From Thermoleophilia bacterium (lineage in GTDB: Bacteria; Actinomycetota; Thermoleophilia; RBG-16-64-13), in contig JAOAGT010000002.1 of the NCBI GenBank assembly GCA_026415615.1, positions 448,545 to 512,544 of the forward strand: a stretch of 64,000 bases of DNA, read 5' to 3'. Below, piece by piece: positions 9,654 through 18,458 of this stretch. The notes under the pieces were generated by a model. That model was given only the letters and a program-made list of their open reading frames with translations. It was not told the origin of the DNA and made no database searches. The number at the start of each line of letters is the position of its first letter. Within the stretch, counting starts at the first letter, position 1. The translations under genes and the position numbers were made by a program.

Positions 9654-9743
9654 TGTCTCAGAGCTCAAGCTCTCCCGAGGCTTGTCCTAGCTCGGCAATG
9701 AGTTGCGGGCTAGAAAACTCGCTATATGGTTACTTTCCAATAA

Positions 9744-11111
9744 TCACTGCCCCGGCCACGGTGGCTTCGGGTAAATGGGTTTAGCTGTCCGCTTTGGCCC
9801 TGGGTCTATTACCTCGATCACCCCGTTTTGCCACTGGCCGATGAAGCCAGCGTAACAATCGCGGGCAAGAAGCTGGTTCTCAAACCAAGTATCTCCCAGC
9901 ACAGTCTGGAAATGCTCAGTCTTTAGGACCTCAGCCACTTTCTTGTTGTCCAAAGTGCCGGCCTTTTCGATAGCTTGCTTCAACATGTCAAGCGCAGCCA
10001 CAAAGTAGGCATAGCCGTAGTAGTTCATGTTGGCTTCGGTTCCGACTCTTTGCAGCAGCTTGTCGTGGAGTTGAGCAAGAGCAGGTGAGCTATGCACGCT
10101 CCAGACTCCATAGCCGCAGACCCCCTCCACCACTTTGTAGCCTTGTTCTGGTCCTTTGTCGCCTCCCATGGCAAACGGGAAAGCGCCAAAGGTTGCTCCG
10201 GGGCCCATTACCAGCATGCGCGGGTTATAGCCCAGTTGCATCATCTGGGCCACCATCGGGAAGTTCTGATCTGGGTAGCAGGGTACGAAGAAGCAGTCAG
10301 GATCAGCCTGCTGCACCTTTCGTAGTATCTGAGTGAAGTCTGCGGTGTTGGCAGGAATTGCCTCGTCATAAAGCAGCTTGATTCCCGCGTTCTTGGCCTC
10401 CTGGCGCATAACCTCGGAGTACTCTAGCCCGTGGAGGTCATCGAGATACACCATAGCTACGCTCTTAACTCCCACTTCCTTGAATATATCGATGAGGGTT
10501 GGGATGTCGTAGTGATTTGAATAGCTGAGCAAGCCAAAGAACATCGGCAAGTCGGGCAGCACCTCTTCAATGCTCTTGGCCCCTGCTTCCCCCGAGATGA
10601 GCAGATAACCGTGGGAGTTCGCCACATTCGCGGCTGCGAAGACAAATGCTGTACTTGCGGGAGAAAGGATGAAGTCCACCTTGTCCTCGACCATAAGCTT
10701 CTCAAGGAGCCGCATGCAGGTGTCCATATCGCTCTGGTCGTCGTAGACTTTCATCTCGATGGGGAGTTTCTTGCCATACTCAGCTACGTAAATGCCGCCT
10801 TCGGCATTGACCTCTTCTACCCACATCTTATAGATGACACCCAAAGCATTTTGCTCGAAGAAGCTTAGTGGTCCAGAGATGGGACGGGCGGCTCCGATGA
10901 CTATCTTGTCTTTTCCGCCCAGAGTGGTGGCAGTAGAAGTTTCTGTACTAGGAGCAGCAGTAGTCGTAGGTCCGGATGTGGTCGAAGGTCCGGCAGTTGT
11001 GCTGGGTGCTGCCGTTGTAGTTGTCTCCTTCTCGCCACAAGCAGCAACCAGCAAGGCGACCGCGGCGAGTATGCATACAACGGCCAGAATTCGTAAGTGT
11101 TTAGATCTCAT
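9744..11111 (-). CDS. ABC-type substrate-binding lipoprotein, Leu/Ile/Val-binding (type 1 PBP) family
   Basis: 455 aa. Lipobox LLVAACG and a Thr/Ala/Pro/Ser linker. IVIGAARPISGPLSFFE... is typical of Peripla_BP_6. RBS GAGGGGGA. No permease or ATPase gene nearby. Confidence 0.8.
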   Translation of the reverse strand: MRSKHLRILAVVCILAAVALLVAACGEKETTTTAAPSTTAGPSTTSGPTTTAAPSTETSTATTLGGKDKIVIGAARPISGPLSFFEQNALGVIYKMWVEEVNAEGGIYVAEYGKKLPIEMKVYDDQSDMDTCMRLLEKLMVEDKVDFILSPASTAFVFAAANVANSHGYLLISGEAGAKSIEEVLPDLPMFFGLLSYSNHYDIPTLIDIFKEVGVKSVAMVYLDDLHGLEYSEVMRQEAKNAGIKLLYDEAIPANTADFTQILRKVQQADPDCFFVPCYPDQNFPMVAQMMQLGYNPRMLVMGPGATFGAFPFAMGGDKGPEQGYKVVEGVCGYGVWSVHSSPALAQLHDKLLQRVGTEANMNYYGYAYFVAALDMLKQAIEKAGTLDNKKVAEVLKTEHFQTVLGDTWFENQLLARDCYAGFIGQWQNGVIEVIDPGPKRTAKPIYPKPPWPGQ

Positions 11112-11284
11112 TTTTTATTCATCCCCCTCTCTTGCCTGTGCTGTCAGGAACGCACACGTTGCAGAATACAAACGCTAAACCGGATAAGCAATGCCTAGGG
11201 GCTACCGTGACCTGATGAGCAGGTGCTGATCCCCAGCACTGAAAAACCCCGCCCAGGCTTTTCTAAAGGTTAAATGGTGCGACG

Positions 11285-12025
11285 CTAATACTTGTCTGGA
11301 GCCGCACCGGGGGCCACACCGGGAGGAGGCGTCTGTATCGGTCTGCCGGTAACCGGATGAGAGCAGTGAAAAGGCAGAACCTCGTGCTCTGGCCAGCGGA
11401 GCGGCATTTGGTCGGCTAGTTCATCCGGACCATAAGGATCCTCGGGGTATGTGGTAGTGAGCAACGGTACAAAGTTAGGCGGCGCGAAAGCCCATCCATT
11501 CTCAAAAGTGCTAAACCATACCGGCCGATAGTCAAGCTTCTTGATCCGCCAGATGCCGTCGCGCTTGACGTAGACATTTTCATAGAGCGCCCCTTCCCAC
11601 CACTGTCGCGAGATGGTGGTGGGAGAGGGGTTGCGTTCGTAATGAGTGCCCGCCTGCATCAGAAGACGAAACCGGCCCCACGCTGTCTGCCGGTCGGGGG
11701 CGACGTCGATGACGTCCTGCATCATGGGGTGGTCAAGCAAGAAGCCGAACACAGGGCCATTCTTGCCGTTGGTGAACTGCTCGCGAAATCGCCCGCAGTA
11801 GAGACGGCGCGCACCTTCCTTGCCTCGGTAAATACCGCCGAAAAAATGAACTTCGCAATCGTCGTCGTAGCAATCCACGGCCTCGTCGTACATGCATTTG
11901 TCGATGAAGTAGCCGTAGAGATGCTGAAGCCGGCGAATTGCTTGTATGTCCTCAACCACCCCCAGGCGGTATTCGAGTTCTCTTACTCGCTCGCTAAGCT
12001 TCTCAAGCTCTGCAACCGGATCCAT
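11285..12025 (-). CDS. SnoaL-like / NTF2-fold protein (SnoaL_4-type)
   Basis: 246 aa. LEYRLGVVEDIQAIRRLQHLYGYFIDKCMYDEAVDCY..D is the typical N-terminus of SnoaL_4 proteins. RBS GGTGGGGGGG. Confidence 0.65.
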   Translation of the reverse strand: MDPVAELEKLSERVRELEYRLGVVEDIQAIRRLQHLYGYFIDKCMYDEAVDCYDDDCEVHFFGGIYRGKEGARRLYCGRFREQFTNGKNGPVFGFLLDHPMMQDVIDVAPDRQTAWGRFRLLMQAGTHYERNPSPTTISRQWWEGALYENVYVKRDGIWRIKKLDYRPVWFSTFENGWAFAPPNFVPLLTTTYPEDPYGPDELADQMPLRWPEHEVLPFHCSHPVTGRPIQTPPPGVAPGAAPDKY

Positions 12026-12066
12026 CTCGGCCCCCCCACCATTTGACTAGCTTGCTCCTCGATACT

Positions 12067-13092
12067 TCAGCTTGCTCCCCGGTACTTCTCAACACCCACC
12101 CCAATAGGCTGGGACATCAAAAAGAAAACTTGCTTTCTTATGTCTCTGATGATCAAAGGTCCCTGACTTACGTTTGGGGGGATATAGGCGAAGAAACTCT
12201 TGGTAATCACGTGCTTCTCGCCCCCAATCCAGAGCTCGACCTCAGCGCAAAGGTCCGTGATGTCCTCGTAGTTAAGACCCAGCATAGCCAGGGAGGTGCC
12301 GTGAGGAACGGCGTGCTCGTCCATGATCACCAACTCCGCCCTTGTCTCTTTGGTGGGCAGATACCATCTGGTGTCACAGCCAAACTCAGCATCAGGGATC
12401 ACGGTCTCGTCAATATAAGCAGCAGGACGAACGTATTCGGGGTCAAGGGGACGCATGTATTCTGGGCGCTTCACATCCGGAGGCGTGCCGAATACTACAT
12501 ACCGGGCGTATTTGGACTCGGCAGGGTCCACGTGTCTGGCCACTGGCGGCTCTTTCTGTTCCTCCTCTGCCTGTTTGGTTTTTTCGTCTTTCTCCCGTGT
12601 GTAGACCCCGCCTGGCCCCGAAGTCCAATGCACGGTCGGGCGGGAGAAATGATGGCCGGTCACCCCTCCTGAGAACACTGGCATATGAGGGAGCCCGGCT
12701 GGTACGTAGGCTACCCAACTGCTTGGGAGGGGAATAATTTCGTCACCCATCTGAATGGCTGTGGGGTCGGTTTTGCTCGGGTCGTCTGGATCGGTTCCCC
12801 ACCAAGAAAGCAGTTCGGGAAAGTCATGGACATGCGGAAACATGGTGGGTGTCTGGTAGCCCAGCTTGGCCAGGTCTTCCCAGGTTACCTGATTGGGATA
12901 GTCAGGAGGCCAAATCCAGGTGGTTTCCCCATAGTAGGCGCCAGGGATCACGTCGTGGTCGATCCAGTGGACATGCTCCATGCTAATCCGCTTCCCTTGG
13001 GCAGCCAGTTGACGCCTCTGCTCTGGGGTGGGGCCGGGCAAGAGGTGCTGCTTCTGCAATGTGGTGCAAATGTACTTGTCAAACTGACCCAT
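12067..13092 (-). CDS. two-domain cupin-like protein (bicupin), uncharacterised subfamily
   Basis: 341 aa, RBS AAGGGAGGG. The N-domain has HVHDFPELLSWWGTDPDDP...YVPAGLPHMP (HxH..E......G and PxGxxH cupin motifs). The C-domain is a degenerate second barrel (AEVELWIGGEKHVI...YIPPNVSQGP). A Lys/Glu-rich linker joins them. Confidence 0.7.
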   Translation of the reverse strand: MGQFDKYICTTLQKQHLLPGPTPEQRRQLAAQGKRISMEHVHWIDHDVIPGAYYGETTWIWPPDYPNQVTWEDLAKLGYQTPTMFPHVHDFPELLSWWGTDPDDPSKTDPTAIQMGDEIIPLPSSWVAYVPAGLPHMPVFSGGVTGHHFSRPTVHWTSGPGGVYTREKDEKTKQAEEEQKEPPVARHVDPAESKYARYVVFGTPPDVKRPEYMRPLDPEYVRPAAYIDETVIPDAEFGCDTRWYLPTKETRAELVIMDEHAVPHGTSLAMLGLNYEDITDLCAEVELWIGGEKHVITKSFFAYIPPNVSQGPLIIRDIRKQVFFLMSQPIGVGVEKYRGAS

Positions 13093-13136
13093 GGCCTTGT
13101 GCCCTCCCTTGACGTGTATCGCGCAGAACGCGCCGC

Positions 13137-13634
13137 CTATGATGTCCCTTTCCCGTAGGGGATTGTTTCAAAATTCATAACCTTGTGGGGATCGAAGTCC
13201 TTGTCTTGCTCAAAATACGGCTCTCTAGTTCCCTCCGGGCCAGCAAGCATGATCTCAACCTGAATTATGGGCTTGTCCACGCGAGTGACTTCTAACGGGC
13301 AGTGGGGAAGGCCAGGTGGGAGATGGACTAGCGTGGGCCGAGTGAATACGTGTTTTTCCATCTCGGGCCCAAAGTGGAGTACTACCTCAGCCTCAAATTC
13401 ATCGGGGTCTTCGGGATTTCCGCTGTACCAGGCCAGGAACTCGTGAAAATTGTGCGTGTGGCAGGGATTATCTCCTCGAAACGGCTTTCGCACAAACTGC
13501 AGGCCCATAGTAAGGGGAAACCCGAGCTGCTGGTGGCCGATCATAAGACCATCGAAGACTACCGTCCCATCTGACTTCATGCTGAGGCGCAAATGGGGCG
13601 GATGATGAATATATTGGTCATACTTTCCGCTCAT
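13137..13634 (-). CDS. cupin domain protein, same subfamily as 12067-13092 and 33431-33898
   Basis: CHTHNFHEFLAWYSGNPEDPDEFEAEVVLHFG...HLPPGLPHCP. ATG 13634 has GGAG 6 nt upstream. An alternative ATG at 13646 lies 3 nt after the SDR stop. Confidence 0.75.
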   Translation of the reverse strand: MSGKYDQYIHHPPHLRLSMKSDGTVVFDGLMIGHQQLGFPLTMGLQFVRKPFRGDNPCHTHNFHEFLAWYSGNPEDPDEFEAEVVLHFGPEMEKHVFTRPTLVHLPPGLPHCPLEVTRVDKPIIQVEIMLAGPEGTREPYFEQDKDFDPHKVMNFETIPYGKGTS

Positions 13635-13649
13635 GCTCGTCTCCATTGG

Positions 13650-14447
13650 TTACATTACCGATCCGCCTGAGACATGGAACACCTGTCCAGTCACATAGCT
13701 TGTAATGTCCGAGGCGAGGATCGCAATAGCATTTGCCATATCCCGCGCAGTGCCAAACCGGCCAAGCGGAAACTCACCCATGATGGCTGCCTGTCTTCTT
13801 TTCATCTCCTCTGGGGAAATGTTGGGGTCGGGCTCTCTTAGAATGGCTCCGAAGTTAGTGGGCACAGGACCGGGTGCCACACAGTTAACCCGAATTCCGT
13901 TTTTTCCTTCTACATACGCCAACTGCTTGGTGAACAAGTCGACGGCGTATTTGGAGATGGCGTACATACCCACCCCCATTTGGTACTGATGCGTGCTTCC
14001 CGAACCCACGTTCACGATGACCCCGTAGCCTCGTTCGCGCATATGAGGGACCACCGCCTGGGTGACGTTCATCGTGCCAATCAGGTTTAACTTAAGCTGC
14101 TTTTCCCAGACTGTAGGATCTTGCTTTTCGATGGGTACGTTGTCCTTGTGCAGGATAGCTCCGGCCACATTGCAGAGGATGTCAATCCGCCCAAATTCTT
14201 CGAGGACTTTCTGGACCATAGCTTTGACGGCCGCATTGTCAGTGATGTCGGCGCTTAGGGCAATACATCTTGGGCCCAAGCTGCGCACGGTTTCTGCGGT
14301 CTTGGCCAGGTTCTCCTCATCAATGTCTGTTACGGCGATGGCCTCGATCCCTTCCTCGGCCAACACCAAGGCCGTCTCTCTCCCTATCCCCACCTGGCTA
14401 GCTGCGCCCGTTACGAGGGCCACTTTGTTCTTGAAACCCAGATCCAT
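13650..14447 (-). CDS. short-chain dehydrogenase/reductase (SDR)
   Basis: 265 aa. TGAASQVGIG cofactor loop, NVAG and YAISKYAV (YxxxK). Confidence 0.9.
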   Translation of the reverse strand: MDLGFKNKVALVTGAASQVGIGRETALVLAEEGIEAIAVTDIDEENLAKTAETVRSLGPRCIALSADITDNAAVKAMVQKVLEEFGRIDILCNVAGAILHKDNVPIEKQDPTVWEKQLKLNLIGTMNVTQAVVPHMRERGYGVIVNVGSGSTHQYQMGVGMYAISKYAVDLFTKQLAYVEGKNGIRVNCVAPGPVPTNFGAILREPDPNISPEEMKRRQAAIMGEFPLGRFGTARDMANAIAILASDITSYVTGQVFHVSGGSVM

Positions 14448-14472
14448 GTTCGCGACTCCCTGCTTGTAGTGA

Positions 14473-16320
14473 TTATGGCCACAGCACTTGGGCTATGTCA
14501 TCGAGACCCAGCTCAAGCAGTTTGGCCTTGCTCGGCTTGCCCGTCTTCGTATCCCAGTCCATCTCGACCAGGTACTGATCGTAAATCTCCTCGTGCGTGA
14601 AGGTGATGCCGGCTCGTGGGCCCACGGTCTTGGGCGGTACGCCTCTCATCCTATCGGGGTAGAGGAAAGGCGTCTGGACACCCTCTCTAATGTTGAAGGC
14701 CTGCCTGACGTTGGTGATTCTTTCACCGGTCTTAAGCAGCTCGTCTGCGCTGATGTCCTCCCAGCCGGTCAGGGCTCTCAGAGCTTCGAGCAGTTGGTCC
14801 ACATGTGGATATGCTCCAATCACAAACTGGCAAAGCCCCATGGCGCTTGCTGCGTGCATGAAGTTGGTGCTGATCTTGTGGTAAAGGCCACGGCCGGTAC
14901 GTTGCTCGCGTGGTATATCGGGTATATTCAAGCCTGGTGGGTGTTGCCCGCCTCCCTGATTGTGTCTTCCGGGGGTGGGGTCGCAGCCATAACCAATGGC
15001 AAATCCCCAACCGCCACGAGGGTCGTGACCAGCAATCTCTTGACCGCCAATGTGCATGGCATATTTCTCTGCGCCCCGACCAATCTTCTCGGCCGCGCGC
15101 TTTACGCCGTCGGCGATGATGTCGCCAAAGCCCTCACGCTTGGCCATCTTCTCGACCATTGCCACGATAGCCTTGTGATTGCCCCAGGTCATCTCAAGGC
15201 CGTCTGTGTCCGCCTGAGAAAGCACGCCGTTTTCATAACACTCAATGGTGAAGGCGATGCAAGCACCCGCAGAGATGGTGTCTAGGCCATAACGATTGCA
15301 GATGTCGGCGGCCAGGATGATGGAGTCAAGGTTTGAGTTCAGGAGGTTGCTCCCCAGCATAGCAAGCGTCTCGTACTCGGGTTTATGAGCGCCCTCCTCA
15401 TACTTGTATTCGCCTGTTCCGGCTTTCATTAGGCCCCCGCAGGCAATGGGGCAACGCCAGCAGGCAAAGCGGCGCATCTGCTTTTCTAATACCGCTTGCC
15501 CTCCACAAGCTGCGTAGTCGGGAAGATCGACGGTAACCACACCGGCCCAATTCTTGGCTGGAGCGTCGTCGATTATGCAGCACATCTCGAATATGCCGGG
15601 GGTGCCGGTTTCGTGTAGCTGCTCAGCATGGCCGGTAAGGGCGGCCACGTGCTTTTTTCTGAGCTCTTTCATTAACTCGGGGTTGTAGGCCGGCGGGATG
15701 AGATTGCCCTGGGCCACGATAGCCTTTAGACGCTTGGAGCCCATGACCGCGCCGAGACCTGAACGGGCCGCGGCTCGGCCCTTATTGTTGATTACCCCGC
15801 TAATTAGAGCGAGCTTCTCGCTCGCTGGACCGATGCAGGCTACCTCCAGGTTCTTGCCGTGTTTGGCGCGCAAGATATCTTCAGTTTCTACAGTGTCTTT
15901 CCCCCAAATCTCTGCGGCGTCCAGGAGTTGGGCCTCCCCATTGTGAAGGTAAAGGTAGACCGGTTTCTCGGAAATTCCGGTGAAAAAGACGGCGTCGTAA
16001 CCAGCGAACTTAAGCTGCGGGCCAAAGCTCCCTCCCGAGTTGGCGTCCCCCCATCCTCCGGTGAGAGGAGATTTGCCGACTACTGTGTAGCGGGAGCCGC
16101 CGACTACGTCGGTGCCAGTGGTTATGCCGGTCACAAAACCCAACGTGGCGTCGGGGCCTAGGGGATCTACTCCTGGCTTTTGCCGGTCCCAGAGCACTCG
16201 CGCGCCTAGCCCGTATCCGCCCAGGTATTTGCGGGCGGCCTGTTCGTCGAAAGTATCTACGGTTATCTCGTGGGTTGTAAGATCCACCCAGAGGATTTTC
16301 TCCATAGCTCCAAAAGCCAA
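14473..16320 (-). CDS. aor: aldehyde:ferredoxin oxidoreductase family (tungstopterin) enzyme
   Basis: 615 aa, TTG start after AAGGAGGT. N-terminal ILWVDLT...YLGGYGLG...GPLTG...GGWGDAN. [4Fe-4S] ligands CWRCPIAC plus GLCQF. GLDTIS pterin motif. Confidence 0.9.
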   Translation of the reverse strand: MAFGAMEKILWVDLTTHEITVDTFDEQAARKYLGGYGLGARVLWDRQKPGVDPLGPDATLGFVTGITTGTDVVGGSRYTVVGKSPLTGGWGDANSGGSFGPQLKFAGYDAVFFTGISEKPVYLYLHNGEAQLLDAAEIWGKDTVETEDILRAKHGKNLEVACIGPASEKLALISGVINNKGRAAARSGLGAVMGSKRLKAIVAQGNLIPPAYNPELMKELRKKHVAALTGHAEQLHETGTPGIFEMCCIIDDAPAKNWAGVVTVDLPDYAACGGQAVLEKQMRRFACWRCPIACGGLMKAGTGEYKYEEGAHKPEYETLAMLGSNLLNSNLDSIILAADICNRYGLDTISAGACIAFTIECYENGVLSQADTDGLEMTWGNHKAIVAMVEKMAKREGFGDIIADGVKRAAEKIGRGAEKYAMHIGGQEIAGHDPRGGWGFAIGYGCDPTPGRHNQGGGQHPPGLNIPDIPREQRTGRGLYHKISTNFMHAASAMGLCQFVIGAYPHVDQLLEALRALTGWEDISADELLKTGERITNVRQAFNIREGVQTPFLYPDRMRGVPPKTVGPRAGITFTHEEIYDQYLVEMDWDTKTGKPSKAKLLELGLDDIAQVLWP

Positions 16321-16398
16321 CGCCTACCTCCTTAGCTCGATGACGCCGTATTTATGACTATGGTCTTTATGACCCACTCAGACATCCGTTTGGCTTAG

Positions 16399-17715
16399 TT
16401 ACTTGCCGGTCACACTGGGAAGCCATGTCGCTAGCCCCGGGATAAGGAACAGGAGCACTACCATCAGCAGCCCGAGGGCAAAGAACGGCATGGAAGAACG
16501 AAACACCTGCCCCAGGGTAGCATGTGGTGGTGCTATAGCCTTCATAGTGTAAACATCCAGTCCAAACGGCGGAGATATCAGACCAAGCTGGATGTTAAGG
16601 AGAGAAACGACCCCGTACCAGATCAGATCGTACCCGAGGGCCTTAGCCAGCGGGAAGAAGATTGGCACCGTGATCATAACGATGCTGGCCGGATCCATGA
16701 ACATGCCGAGGAAGATAAGAATCACTTGAGTAGCGATGATTATGTAGATGGGGGCAATGTTGGCGCCTGTGGCCATATCGATCAGCTTTTGAATGGCCCC
16801 GGTGGTGGCCAGGATGCGGCTGAAGCTAATTGAGCCCACCACAATGAACATAACCATGACGGTGACGCGTACGCAGCTCATGGCGGATTTCGTTACCGTT
16901 TTCCAGCTTAACTGTCGGTAGAAAGCCGCCAGGACAAAGCAGGCTAACACGCCTAGAGCCGCTGCCTCACTCGGGGTGGCCACACCCAGGTATATGCTTC
17001 CGATCACCGCCAGAATGACAATGCCGATTGGGAGGATGTGGAATGTAAACGTGCGAAGCTTGTCTGTGAGGGAGACCTTTTCCACCTCGTAGGTGGGGGC
17101 AAGCGAAGGATCAAGTTTGCAACGTATCATGATGTAGAGGGCAAAGAGAATGGCCAGAAGCACACCGGGGATGATAATGGCCATGAGCAGCTTCCCTACT
17201 GAAATTTGCCCGATGGCTCCCAAAAAGACGGCAAGCGCGCTCGGTGGGATCAGAATGGCTAGGGTCCCGCTGGTGACGATGGGACCGTAAATCATAGCTG
17301 GTTTGTATCCTCGCGCTTCCATTTCGGGTACTAGTACCCGTCCAAGGATGCCAATCGATCCTCCACTGATGCCAATCATCGTCCCCAGAAGGACGCCGGA
17401 CCCTACGGCGAGTAGGCTTAAGCGGCCGGGCACCTTGCCTAGGAGCTTGTCTACCGCGCCCACTATTCGTGCGCCTGCTCCCGAAGAGAAGATGACGTCT
17501 CCCATCAGCACAAAAAGCGGGATGGGTAAAAACGCATAGTTTGCTACCGCGCTGTAAAAGCTCATTGCCAGCTGATCAAGACCCGGCGCCCCGCCCCAAA
17601 ACAGGACAGAACCAATGATGCACGTGAAGGTGAAAGCGAAACATATGGGCATGCCAGTCATCATGATGACAATGAGGCAACCAAACATGATAAGCAGTGA
17701 CGCCAACCATTCCAT
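16399..17715 (-). CDS. TRAP transporter large permease (DctM family)
   Basis: 438 aa polytopic membrane protein with a typical DctM N-terminus, directly after DctQ (9-nt gap). RBS AGGAGG. Confidence 0.9.
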   Translation of the reverse strand: MEWLASLLIMFGCLIVIMMTGMPICFAFTFTCIIGSVLFWGGAPGLDQLAMSFYSAVANYAFLPIPLFVLMGDVIFSSGAGARIVGAVDKLLGKVPGRLSLLAVGSGVLLGTMIGISGGSIGILGRVLVPEMEARGYKPAMIYGPIVTSGTLAILIPPSALAVFLGAIGQISVGKLLMAIIIPGVLLAILFALYIMIRCKLDPSLAPTYEVEKVSLTDKLRTFTFHILPIGIVILAVIGSIYLGVATPSEAAALGVLACFVLAAFYRQLSWKTVTKSAMSCVRVTVMVMFIVVGSISFSRILATTGAIQKLIDMATGANIAPIYIIIATQVILIFLGMFMDPASIVMITVPIFFPLAKALGYDLIWYGVVSLLNIQLGLISPPFGLDVYTMKAIAPPHATLGQVFRSSMPFFALGLLMVVLLFLIPGLATWLPSVTGK

Positions 17716-17724
17716 GGCTGCCTC

Positions 17725-18273
17725 CTACTCTGCTTTACCAGCTGGAGGCTGGGTCTCCGCTGGGGTCGGGGGACTGGTCTGCCGGTAGGCTTTAAAGTAG
17801 TTGACCGCGTGCCTTACTGCCTGGATTGTCAGCACCAGAAACGATATGGGAATGATCATCTCGATGGGCCACTTAACCGGATTAAGCACAGTAGCCAAGA
17901 TGAAGTGGTTGAGGTAGTCGTTGATAGTTAGCCGCGCGGTCAGAAAAAGACATAGGAGGCACAGGGCAACTACTACGCATGAAGTGGCGAAGTTAAGCAA
18001 GTTCTGGGCTCTCTTTGAAAGCATTCCAAGAATGGATTCCATCCTTACATGCCCGTGGTCGCGGTAGATGGCGGCTGTGCCAAGAAAGGTAAGCCACACC
18101 ATCGTGTAGGTCAGAAGCTCATACAAAGGTGCCCAGGTGAAGTCGACTGTCTTTCTGATGATTACGTCCTGTGCTATGGCCAAAGTGTCGAGAAGGATCA
18201 AGATGGCCGAGAGCAGCAGGAGAAAGTTAACAAGCTTGTCAAAAGCTCGGCCAGCTTTCTGTAAGAAGCGCAT
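17725..18273 (-). CDS. TRAP transporter small permease (DctQ family)
   Basis: 182 aa with four hydrophobic segments. Position between the DctP- and DctM-type genes. Confidence 0.8.
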   Translation of the reverse strand: MRFLQKAGRAFDKLVNFLLLLSAILILLDTLAIAQDVIIRKTVDFTWAPLYELLTYTMVWLTFLGTAAIYRDHGHVRMESILGMLSKRAQNLLNFATSCVVVALCLLCLFLTARLTINDYLNHFILATVLNPVKWPIEMIIPISFLVLTIQAVRHAVNYFKAYRQTSPPTPAETQPPAGKAE

Positions 18274-18322
18274 GTCACTAACCTCTCACAGGTTGGTTGA
18301 AGTACGCGCAAGCAGAGAAGCA

Positions 18323-18364
18323 GAGGGCGCGAAGCGGCCCTGGACAGGGCCGCTTCGCGCCCTC
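18323..18364 (-). promoter_or_regulatory. intercistronic 19-bp perfect hairpin between TRAP SBP and permease genes
   Basis: GAGGGCGCGAAGCGGCCCT-GGAC-AGGGCCGCTTCGCGCCCTC. No U-tract on the mRNA strand. Confidence 0.7.
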
Positions 18365-18458
18365 ACTTGGGTCTTGCCTGGTTCCGCAGGATGGCAAACC
18401 ACCCCGATCCGCCTAGCCTACGACCTGTCTAGCCTATGGCTGGCTAATCCAGGCACCT

